Origin: Patescibacteria group bacterium | GTDB lineage: Bacteria > Patescibacteriota > Patescibacteriia > UBA10025 > JAHIVO01 | Direction: 5' to 3' | NCBI GenBank assembly: GCA_041666685.1 | Contig: JBAYGJ010000002.1 | Location: 1-55,788 of the forward strand | Length of the DNA: 55,788 nt | Shown here: positions 19,554 to 26,325 of the stretch, piece after piece | Layout: the number at the start of each line of letters is the position of its first letter | How positions within the stretch are numbered: the first letter of the stretch is position 1 | Notes under the pieces: model-generated | Told to the model about the DNA's origin: nothing | What the model saw: the letters and a program-made list of their open reading frames with translations, nothing else | Databases searched by the model: none | Program-made: the position numbers and the translations under genes

Positions 19554-20320
19554 CTTTTAAAAATACACTCATGGCCGCAGCCCAAGCGGCAGGGAATATT
19601 CAGCTCCGCCGTTTCGGTAAGCTGACCAGACGGGACGTCCACCGCAAAGCCCATGATGAATTTGTGACGGATATCGATAAGCAGTCGGAACGGGTCATTA
19701 TTCGCATTATCCGGCGGCGTTTCCCTCAGCATGGGATTCTCTCAGAAGAGTCACCGGCACAGATGAAGACCGGGGATGAATATACCTGGATCATTGATCC
19801 CGTAGACGGTACGACGAATTATTCGATCGGTAATCCGCTTTTTGGCGTTTCCATCGGAGTTGTTGACCGGGACGGCCCTTTGGAGGGAATCGCGTATTTC
19901 CCGGCTTTACAGCGCTGGTACTACGCCAGGCGCGGCACTGGCGCGTATTTGAACGGTCGGAGAATCACGGTGGCACGCAATTGGTATGACCGGGCGATCC
20001 TGACACTCAGCTACCCACATTCCATCAGTGCATCCCATGGGGCCATGAATATTATCAACCGTTTGCGGCCGCAAGTAGCCAATATTCGCGTGTTCGGTTC
20101 GGCGTCATTTTCGTTCTGCTCCGTCGCGTCCGGGTCGGTTGATGCGATCATATTGGTCGGTCGGCAGCATCTCTGGGATGTGTACCCGAATATCCTTTTT
20201 GTCACCGAGGCTGGGGGCCGGGTAAGCGATTTTGCCGGACATCCCTGGACGCCGCGGGCATCAGGGCTGATCGCATCCACGCCAAAAATACACCATCAGT
20301 TGGTCAGGAGATTGCCATAA
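19550..20320 (+). CDS. inositol monophosphatase-family phosphatase
   Basis: LSEES.., WIIDPVDGTTNY and WD.. motifs of the IMPase/SuhB family. Confidence 0.85.
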   Translation: MTFKNTLMAAAQAAGNIQLRRFGKLTRRDVHRKAHDEFVTDIDKQSERVIIRIIRRRFPQHGILSEESPAQMKTGDEYTWIIDPVDGTTNYSIGNPLFGVSIGVVDRDGPLEGIAYFPALQRWYYARRGTGAYLNGRRITVARNWYDRAILTLSYPHSISASHGAMNIINRLRPQVANIRVFGSASFSFCSVASGSVDAIILVGRQHLWDVYPNILFVTEAGGRVSDFAGHPWTPRASGLIASTPKIHHQLVRRLP

Positions 20321-20408
20321 TATAATTATGCATACCCGAAAACCTGTGGTCTGTTTTTTGTGCCGTCCCTCAATCAGTTCGGGACCGCACGTATTTGATT
20401 TCATGTAT

Positions 20409-20492
20409 TGCCGCCGGTCGGAATCGAACCGACACGGCCTTGCGGCCAACGGATTTTAAGTCCGTCGCGTATACCAGTTCCGCCACGGCGGC
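20409..20492 (-). tRNA. tRNA-Leu (anticodon TAA), long variable arm, no encoded CCA
   Basis: Reverse complement: GCCGCCG..ACGGA-CTTAAAA-TCCGT-GGCCGCAAGGCCGT-GTCGG-TTCGATT-CCGAC-CGGCGGC-A. Confidence 0.9.
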
Positions 20493-20951
20493 CTACGGTT
20501 GTATTATATCAAATAAAACGATTCCTAGCGCTATGGCCACGTTCAGCGATTCCTTCTGGCCATGCATGGGGATATCGATCACTACATCGCATTTTTTTAA
20601 TAACGTGTCTGGCAGTCCCCTGACTTCGGCCCCGACAATGAGGGCAAGTGGAAATTTTTTCTTCCGCGTGAAATATGGGGTACTTTTTTTTGATTGTTCC
20701 AGGGCAACTAGCTCGTACTTTTTGGCGTTCAATTCTTTCAGAACATCGGCTGTCCTCGGACGTTTTTCAAACGGTACGAAGGCCGTCGCACCGAGGGCCA
20801 CTTTGTCGATTTTTGGGTGCGGCGGGGCAGGGGTTATGCCGCACAAATAGATCTTTTTCACGCCAGCGGCGTCTGCGGTACGGAATATGGCGCCAACGTT
20901 AAATCGGCTCCTGACGTTATGGAGTATAAGGACAACGTCTTGGGTATGCAT
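20493..20951 (-). CDS. SpoU/TrmH-family RNA 2'-O-methyltransferase
   Basis: HNVRSRFNVGAIFRTADAAG and LIVGAEVRGL..IPMHG..ESLNVA motifs. Start set at ATG 20951, because the longer ORF reads through the GC-rich repeat element. Confidence 0.8.
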   Translation of the reverse strand: MHTQDVVLILHNVRSRFNVGAIFRTADAAGVKKIYLCGITPAPPHPKIDKVALGATAFVPFEKRPRTADVLKELNAKKYELVALEQSKKSTPYFTRKKKFPLALIVGAEVRGLPDTLLKKCDVVIDIPMHGQKESLNVAIALGIVLFDIIQP

Positions 20952-20963
20952 ATTGTTTGATAA

Positions 20964-21116
20964 AGCGGGGAACGGCCCGCCTCGACTCGCATTGTTCGTC
21001 GACGCGAGGCGGGGACTTCTTCTCCCCCAATCTCGTCGCAAGCCTCCTCGATTTCCTCCGAAGCCTGTGGCCCTCGCTTCAACTCCTTCGGAGCGCTCGG
21101 GTCCGCTTCGAATCCG
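20964..21116 (-). repeat. GC-rich hairpin element carrying a 12-nt copy of the tRNA-Gly(GCC) 3' end
   Basis: 20964-20975 (agcggggaacgg) is identical to 21176-21187. It is followed by the stems CCCGCCTCG/CGAGGCGGG (20976-21013) and CTCCGAAG/CTTCGGAG (21056-21093), and a T-loop-like TTCGAA at about 21107. Confidence 0.5.
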
Positions 21117-21172
21117 TTAATTATTAAGGCTACCGTACTGATTGCGAGTATTTGATATTAATTAATGTTCGC

Positions 21173-21247
21173 TGGAGCGGGGAACGGGACTCGAACCCGC
21201 GACCTCTTCCTTGGCAAGGAAGCGTTCTACCACTGAACTACCCCCGC
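21173..21247 (-). tRNA. tRNA-Gly (anticodon GCC), CCA encoded
   Basis: Reverse complement: GCGGGGG-TA-GTTC-AGTGGTA-GAAC-G-CTTCC-TTGCCAA-GGAAG-AGGTC-GCGGG-TTCGAGT-CCCGT-TCCCCGC-T-CCA. Confidence 0.9.
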
Positions 21248-21391
21248 ATTTATTATGAAGGGACACCTTCGGTTTACCTTCATCTCATCCTTTCCCTCAA
21301 AGGGATGCCTTGCCCGGCGTGAAGCCGAGGCTTGGCATGATGATTTCAAGTACTGTCAGAATGTCAAAATAATCATTTGTTGTCAATACAC

Positions 21392-21483
21392 TGGAGGCGT
21401 GAGCGGGAATTCTTCTCGTTCCTCGAAGCCGGCCGCCCTTCGCTTTATCACCTTCGGTGCGCTCTGGTCGGCTGCAATTCCCG
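21392..21483 (-). repeat. tRNA-Cys 3'-end copy (with CCA) whose T-loop holds a ~62-nt insert
   Basis: 21395-21411 is 17/17 identical to 21503-21519 and is preceded by tgg (CCA), which the intact gene lacks. CGGGAATT (21404-21411) and AATTCCCG (21476-21483) close a hairpin around a GC-rich insert containing cccttcgc. Confidence 0.65.
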
Positions 21484-21502
21484 TATATTTATTAAGGTGA
21501 CT

Positions 21503-21574
21503 AGGCGTGAGCGGGAATTGCACCCGCGTATAGAGGTTTTGCAGACCTCTGCCTTACTACTTGGCTATCACGCC
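21503..21574 (-). tRNA. tRNA-Cys (anticodon GCA), no encoded CCA
   Basis: Reverse complement: GGCGTGA-TA-GCCA..GGC-A-GAGGT-CTGCAAA-ACCTC-TATAC-GCGGG-TGCAATT-CCCGC-TCACGCC-T. The U73 discriminator and A13/A22 mismatch are typical of tRNA-Cys. Confidence 0.85.
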
Positions 21575-21578
21575 TTAA

Positions 21579-21643
21579 AGAGGTGGTTTTGTCCCGCATT
21601 CGTGGCGGGGCAGACCTCTGCCTTACCACTTGGCAACGTAGCC
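21579..21643 (-). pseudogene. tRNA-Cys-like 5' two-thirds with a different acceptor strand and a hairpin inserted in the anticodon loop
   Basis: 21610-21643 matches the D arm and anticodon-stem region of the intact gene (21541-21574), but the acceptor is GGCTACG instead of GGCGTGA. After CTGC a 19-nt hairpin (CCCGC-cacgaat-GCGGG, 21593-21609) interrupts the anticodon. There is no T arm or 3' strand. Confidence 0.6.
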
Positions 21644-21741
21644 ATTAGGGCGTATAGATATGGTATCAATCTGGAGGTGTTTTTTCAAGGGTTGGCCAAA
21701 AACAAACCCCGCTCATAACTGGGCGGGGCTTGCTGGTTGTT

Positions 21742-22239
21742 TTATAGAATTTCCATTTTGACGTGCCTCACGCCCCATTGTTTCGCCAATTCGCGGGTCG
21801 GCATCCAAATGTCAGCCCTTGTACTGAATCTGGCAGCCATCCGGTCTTCGACGATGAAGATTTTATCTCCAAATTGGTCAGGAAACCGTACTTTTGTCCC
21901 AATTGGCAGGAAATTTGCGGCAATAATCCCGTCACGTACCTGGGTGCCCGAGGCAGTGGTAAACGGCGTACTGCCGCACTGGTCAACCGTCGATGAATAG
22001 GCGGTTACGGTTAACGTGAGTACCTTTTTTGCGGCCGGTTTCGGACGATCAGGGATTTCCGGAAGATGCATGACGGCGGCCGGGGCGATTTGGACGGCGT
22101 TAGTTTGTTCGATAGCCGTTATCGGCTCGGCGGTTGATTGCGCCAGGGCTAAATGCGGGAAAGAAAATTCAAAACTAAAAATTGAGAGGACGATTATTGT
22201 TATGTATTTGATTTTTCTGAGGATAATTCGCTTGATCAT
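21742..22239 (-). CDS. secreted 3D-domain (RlpA/MltA-like double-psi barrel) protein
   Basis: Signal peptide, then LTVTAYSS..DQCGSTP..TASG..GIIAAN..PIGTKV.. ..VEDRMAARF..DIWM, typical of the 3D domain. Confidence 0.75.
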   Translation of the reverse strand: MIKRIILRKIKYITIIVLSIFSFEFSFPHLALAQSTAEPITAIEQTNAVQIAPAAVMHLPEIPDRPKPAAKKVLTLTVTAYSSTVDQCGSTPFTTASGTQVRDGIIAANFLPIGTKVRFPDQFGDKIFIVEDRMAARFSTRADIWMPTRELAKQWGVRHVKMEIL

Positions 22240-22337
22240 ACGGTTCGGTTAATAGTCTTTTGCTAGATTGCCCAATATTAGCAATTAATTGTTAAATATT
22301 CCATAAATTTAGCTAACATTGGCTACAATGTAGGTAT

Positions 22338-22363
22338 CAAAAAACACCCTATCACAAGGGTGC
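22338..22363 (-). terminator. rho-independent terminator downstream of ddl
   Basis: On the minus strand: CACCCT-tgtgat-AGGGTG followed by T6. Confidence 0.7.
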
Positions 22364-22425
22364 TTTTGATGGCCTATCTTAGCAGACCTGGGGATTATGT
22401 CAAGTGTGAAGGGTCGGGCTGATCG

Positions 22426-23442
22426 TTATCGTGTATGCGCCAATTCAATCAGCCTGGATAGTAATTTTTGATATGGGATACCACTGGCTTGCCACATTTT
22501 GGGGTACATGGAGATGTCGGCGAAGCCGGGCAGCGTGTTTATCTCGTTTAAGTATATTTTGCCGGTCTTTTTCACCAGGAAGTCCACCCGCGCTAACCCT
22601 TCGCAATTTGCCAAACGGTAAGCATCACGGGCTAATATTTTAATCTCGTCCAGGATTTTTTTAGGCAGTTGTGCCGGAATTTGCGGGTGGCTTCGCGAGT
22701 CGAAATATTTATCGTCATAATCGTAAAATTCGTGTGAGGTGACAATACGGCCGGGTATAGCAACTTTGAAGTTTTTTATTGAATTACCTGATACCGCAAC
22801 TTCTATTTCATAGCAGTTTTCAACTGATTCTTCGATAATTACCTTTACGTCATATGCGCGGGCGAATTTGATTGCCTGGGCCAGCTTTTTCTTATCCTTC
22901 ACTTTGGTGATGCCGACCGATGATCCAGTGCAGGCCGGTTTTACAAAAACAGGAAATTTTAGCTGTAACGCCTGGCTAAGACTTTTCTTGATTTCTTTTG
23001 TGGCGTGACGTTTGTAATCAATAATAACAAACTTCGGTTTTGGTAGGCCGTGGTATTTCATCAGTTCGTTGAATATCCCTTTATCCAAGCACAATGACGA
23101 TGAAAGGACGTCCGCACCGACAAATGGGATATTGAGCATACGGAACATGCCTTGGATGGTGCCGTCTTCGCCGCCAATGCCGTGCATAACCGGAAAAGCC
23201 ACGTCGATCTGACGGCTGAGGGTATTCAGGTCGGCTGGCTTCAGTCGGCCAGTCCGCTTGTTTTCAATATGGGCGATGATGCCTGTACCAGTCCAAAACT
23301 TTCCTTTCTTATCAATAAAAAATTCACGCACGCGGAAATGCTTGCGGTCAACGGCGGCAATAACGTTTTTGGCTGACATGAGCGATACCTCATGTTCCGG
23401 AGACTGTCCGCCGAAGAATATGCCGACCGTAGTTTTTTTCAT
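22426..23442 (-). CDS. ddl: D-alanine--D-alanine ligase
   Basis: VGIFFGGQSPEHEVS.., HGIGGEDGTIQG, ATP-grasp core, EINTLPGF. Confidence 0.93.
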   Translation of the reverse strand: MKKTTVGIFFGGQSPEHEVSLMSAKNVIAAVDRKHFRVREFFIDKKGKFWTGTGIIAHIENKRTGRLKPADLNTLSRQIDVAFPVMHGIGGEDGTIQGMFRMLNIPFVGADVLSSSLCLDKGIFNELMKYHGLPKPKFVIIDYKRHATKEIKKSLSQALQLKFPVFVKPACTGSSVGITKVKDKKKLAQAIKFARAYDVKVIIEESVENCYEIEVAVSGNSIKNFKVAIPGRIVTSHEFYDYDDKYFDSRSHPQIPAQLPKKILDEIKILARDAYRLANCEGLARVDFLVKKTGKIYLNEINTLPGFADISMYPKMWQASGIPYQKLLSRLIELAHTR

Positions 23443-23451
23443 TGTGAGTAA

Positions 23452-23580
23452 TTAAAGCTCTTCTTCAGAAATTACTTTAACGTCATTTTTTTCAGCAGTT
23501 CGATTACTTTTTTCATTTGGCTTGCTCATGCCGTCGTATCTGCAATAAACCCCTAACAAGCATGCGCTGCACAGTTTCAT
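23452..23580 (-). pseudogene. 42-aa remnant of a DUF523 (YbbK-like) gene
   Basis: MKLCSACLLGVYCRYDG matches the conserved N-terminus of ~150-aa DUF523 proteins. The ORF stops after 42 codons with unrelated sequence. Confidence 0.4.
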
Positions 23581-23589
23581 ATTTTGAAA

Positions 23590-23601
23590 AGCGGGTAGGG
23601 A
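23590..23601 (-). repeat. 12-nt copy of the tRNA-Gly(TCC) 3' end (outer 3' piece)
   Basis: agcgggtaggga is identical to 23620-23631. Confidence 0.6.
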
Positions 23602-23606
23602 CTTAT

Positions 23607-23704
23607 TTAAGTCACATTGAGCGGGTAGGGAGAATCGAACTCCCGGCAACAGGTTGGAAACCTGTGGTATTACCACTATACGATACCCGCTCAATGTGAC
23701 TTAA
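23607..23704. repeat. perfect 21-nt inverted repeat framing the intact tRNA-Gly(TCC)
   Basis: ttaagtcacattgagcgggta (23607-23627) is the exact reverse complement of tacccgctcaatgtgacttaa (23684-23704). This extends the 7-bp acceptor stem by 14 bp. Confidence 0.9.
23620..23690 (-). tRNA. tRNA-Gly (anticodon TCC), no encoded CCA
   Basis: Reverse complement: GCGGGTA-TC-GTAT-AGTGGTA-ATAC-C-ACAGG-TTTCCAA-CCTGT-TGCC-GGGAG-TTCGATT-CTCCC-TACCCGC-T. Confidence 0.9.
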
Positions 23705-23782
23705 TTGTTGTAAATATGTTTGTGAATCGCCCGTGAACCACTGAATGGTTCAGGGCGTCATGTACCCTTGAGTGGTACATAA

Positions 23783-23837
23783 CGAACTCCCGGCAACAGG
23801 TTGGAAACCTGTGGTATTGCCACTATACGATACCCGC
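23783..23837 (-). pseudogene. 55-nt 5' copy of tRNA-Gly(TCC), positions 1-55, truncated in the T-loop (outer 5' piece)
   Basis: 54/55 identical to 23636-23690 (single g/a difference at 23819 vs 23672). The copy ends at ..GGGAGTTCG. Confidence 0.85.
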
Positions 23838-23987
23838 ATTAATGCTAAGGATGCCAAAGAAAATTATTAAGGTCAATATAGTAATTTCCTTGCCTCATTG
23901 TAACCTCAACTCCTTCTTTTTTCAAGTGCAGGGTTCGGTGTCGTCGGGTTCTTTTGTATTTATCATAAACAGGATACAATAGAACAT

Positions 23988-24608
23988 ATGGCACAACCAA
24001 CCGTGTCAATCATCCTCCCGACATATAACCGGGCCGAATACCTTGATCGATGCATTTCCTCGGTTGAGCGACAAACGTTTCCTGATTGGGAACTGATTAT
24101 TGTAGATGACGGCAGCACCGACGGCAGCAAGAAAATAATCGATGCACATATCCGGCAAAGCTCCCGGATACGGTATACGTTCCAAAACAATCAGGGAGCG
24201 GCGTACGCGGTTAATGCGGGGATCGGGATGGCTCGGGGCACATACCTGGCTTTCATCGACAGTGATGATGAATATTCGCCTGCCCACCTCAAGCGCCATG
24301 TCGAGTATTTACGCGCTCATCCGGCAGTAGACATGGTGCATGGCAGTTTCTCGGTCATCGGCAGCCCGTATGTGAAAGACAAAAATGATATGACGAAAAT
24401 GATCCACCTATCGAAATGCGCGGTATGCGGGACGTTTTTCGGCAAACGCCATGTGTTTACCCAACTGCACGGATTCAAGCCCCTGTACTATAGTAAGGAT
24501 TCGGAATTTTTTGAGCGTGCAGAAAAGGAATTCTCCCTGGTCAGGCTGGACTACGGGACATATATTTACCACCGGGATACGCCCGGCAGCAAGACAAACA
24601 TCGTATAA
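23988..24608 (+). CDS. family-2 glycosyltransferase
   Basis: VSIILPTYNRAEYL.., IIVDDGSTDGS, FIDSDDEY (DXD) motifs. Confidence 0.85.
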   Translation: MAQPTVSIILPTYNRAEYLDRCISSVERQTFPDWELIIVDDGSTDGSKKIIDAHIRQSSRIRYTFQNNQGAAYAVNAGIGMARGTYLAFIDSDDEYSPAHLKRHVEYLRAHPAVDMVHGSFSVIGSPYVKDKNDMTKMIHLSKCAVCGTFFGKRHVFTQLHGFKPLYYSKDSEFFERAEKEFSLVRLDYGTYIYHRDTPGSKTNIV

Positions 24609-24627
24609 GCAGCACCAATATATTGCG

Positions 24628-24969
24628 TTAGGGATGCCAGAGGAATTCGGCCAGGTCAATATAAAAATTGCCCTGTCTTTTTGAAACGCTGACCCCTTCT
24701 TTTCTCAGGAGTTCGGCTTGGAGGTTTTTTGAATGTATTTGGCAGGTGGTACTGATGCGGCCGGCCCGGTTGATGACGCGCTGCCAGGGCACCAGATGCA
24801 GCTGGCTGTCCGGCAGGACGTGTAAGGCCCAGCCGACCATCCTGGCGGCCCGTGGCGAGCCCAGGAGTGCGGCAATCTGGCCATAGGTGGCGACTTTGCC
24901 ACGGGGAATTTGTTTCACCAACGTATAGACGTCAGCAAAGAAGTTGGTTTTATTTTTTAAGGACGGCAT
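24628..24969 (-). CDS. MGMT-family DNA-binding protein, probably alkyltransferase-like (ATL, no active-site Cys)
   Basis: IPRGKVATYGQIAALLGSPRAARMVGWAL helix-turn-helix. The PCHRV motif is replaced by PWQRV, as in ATL proteins. Confidence 0.7.
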   Translation of the reverse strand: MPSLKNKTNFFADVYTLVKQIPRGKVATYGQIAALLGSPRAARMVGWALHVLPDSQLHLVPWQRVINRAGRISTTCQIHSKNLQAELLRKEGVSVSKRQGNFYIDLAEFLWHP

Positions 24970-25741
24970 GGATGAATTTTTTTGTAAAATCGTCAGACCA
25001 TGGCTTGAGAGTAGAAAGTAGCGCTTCGCGCCCGTTGCTTGATGACTTTATCATTTCCCGTCCTACCGACACGAATGCGTCAAACATTTTTTTATTTCGA
25101 GGCGCTTTGGTAGCCAAGTGCTTGAGGAATTGAACTTTGTCCAAGTTAATCATAGGCTTACCGTGCCGGACCGGGTAGCCGACATACGCTCGGATGGTTT
25201 TACGTCCAGCGATAGCGGCCAGTGTCGTGCGCCGCATGCCGTCGAAAAGGCGTAGCGTATGTTCGTGTTTGTCGAAAAAGACGAAAACCGGATGGTGGTC
25301 GCGTTCCGGTCGTGATTGCAGGTTGGGCATGAATTTTTTGAAAAACGTCGGATGATGGTGATAGTATTCGGCGAAATCATAGAACTTACGGTGACAGGAG
25401 TGAATAATTTTATCCACTTGGATAGGATTAAATCCAGTCATGGTTAGATTGTTGATATTCCTGACTTCCAAACGCCACTTATATGACGGGTCGGTTAATA
25501 GGCGGTAAACCGATTTGACCCGCCAACCTTCCGCGATGGCTGATACCAATAGCCAGTAATGATGCAAACCATCGCGTTTGATGAAATTATTGATTGATTT
25601 TTTCAGAAGCCGTCTGAAGTCGTGGCGCTTTATATCGCGAAAAATTTTCAGGAATTCGTGGTACAAAAATTGGTTGGCTAGTATAGTCGGCGCCACGTTC
25701 TTTCGCAGCGTACGTTTGGGCGGAGGGATGTATTGTTTCAT
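24950..25741 (-). CDS. hypothetical protein with a possible ParB/sulfiredoxin-like motif
   Basis: 263-aa ORF. LFDGMRRTTLAAIAGRKTIRAYVG resembles the DGxHR..A....G...I.A core of ParB-like nuclease domains. Its 3' end overlaps the ATL gene by 20 nt. Confidence 0.35.
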   Translation of the reverse strand: MKQYIPPPKRTLRKNVAPTILANQFLYHEFLKIFRDIKRHDFRRLLKKSINNFIKRDGLHHYWLLVSAIAEGWRVKSVYRLLTDPSYKWRLEVRNINNLTMTGFNPIQVDKIIHSCHRKFYDFAEYYHHHPTFFKKFMPNLQSRPERDHHPVFVFFDKHEHTLRLFDGMRRTTLAAIAGRKTIRAYVGYPVRHGKPMINLDKVQFLKHLATKAPRNKKMFDAFVSVGREMIKSSSNGREALLSTLKPWSDDFTKKFIHAVLKK

Positions 25742-25745
25742 ATAG

Positions 25746-26213
25746 TTATTGTAACATGTTTTTACTGGGGAGAGGCGAAATCACAACCAGCCAGCGTGTT
25801 GATCTTCCGCCAGCAGCGGACCAGCGTCGGAAAAAGTCTGGTTTTGATAATTTACAATGAGAGCCATTCCAAGGGTCCGCCAGGATAATCGACTTCTTAT
25901 TCAGGTGGCGCACGACACTGTAATGCAGTTCGTTGTCGGATGGTTCACGAAAAAGCACGATAATTTTCATTTTGAGAAACAAGGCCTTTTGGATATCTGA
26001 TAAAAGGGCACGGCTTTTAACGCTAGTGTGTAAGCCAAACCGTTCAAGGATTTTTTGTATGTTTTTTCTTGTAGTGCCTGTCCGAAATTTTGTGCGCGCC
26101 AGTCGTGCGATCGTGCGCTGGGGAACTCGGATGCCGAAACACCCTAAAACCATTTGGACGGATGCCGGGCCGCACCAATAGTCTTTCTGTTGTTTATGGT
26201 AGTTGAGGATCAT
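25746..26213 (-). CDS. papain-fold cysteine peptidase, C39-like (Peptidase_C39_2-type)
   Basis: DYWCGPASVQMVL (catalytic Cys context) and a later HYSVV..ADPWNG (His/Asp). No signal peptide. It ends 4 nt before the next gene. Confidence 0.5.
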   Translation of the reverse strand: MILNYHKQQKDYWCGPASVQMVLGCFGIRVPQRTIARLARTKFRTGTTRKNIQKILERFGLHTSVKSRALLSDIQKALFLKMKIIVLFREPSDNELHYSVVRHLNKKSIILADPWNGSHCKLSKPDFFRRWSAAGGRSTRWLVVISPLPSKNMLQ

Positions 26214-26325
26214 CGTCAGGTTGAAAAAACTCCCAGTAATATTGCTGGGTATAGTATAGCATTTTGATTTTTAAAATGTGAGCGTCCGATGCTAAAAACG
26301 CGACGGTAGTCAGGTGCGATGGCGC

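Noticed and set aside
20395-20850. 151-aa plus-strand ORF
   Set aside because: It runs antisense through tRNA-Leu and the SpoU methyltransferase gene and has no motif support.
23607-23704. Interpreting the 21-bp inverted repeats ending in TTAA as terminal repeats of a TTAA-targeting DNA transposon
   Set aside because: There is no transposase and no clear target-site duplication outside the repeats. The repeat includes the tRNA acceptor stem itself, so an RNA-level role or tRNA-derived origin is at least as likely. It is kept only as one hypothesis in the findings.
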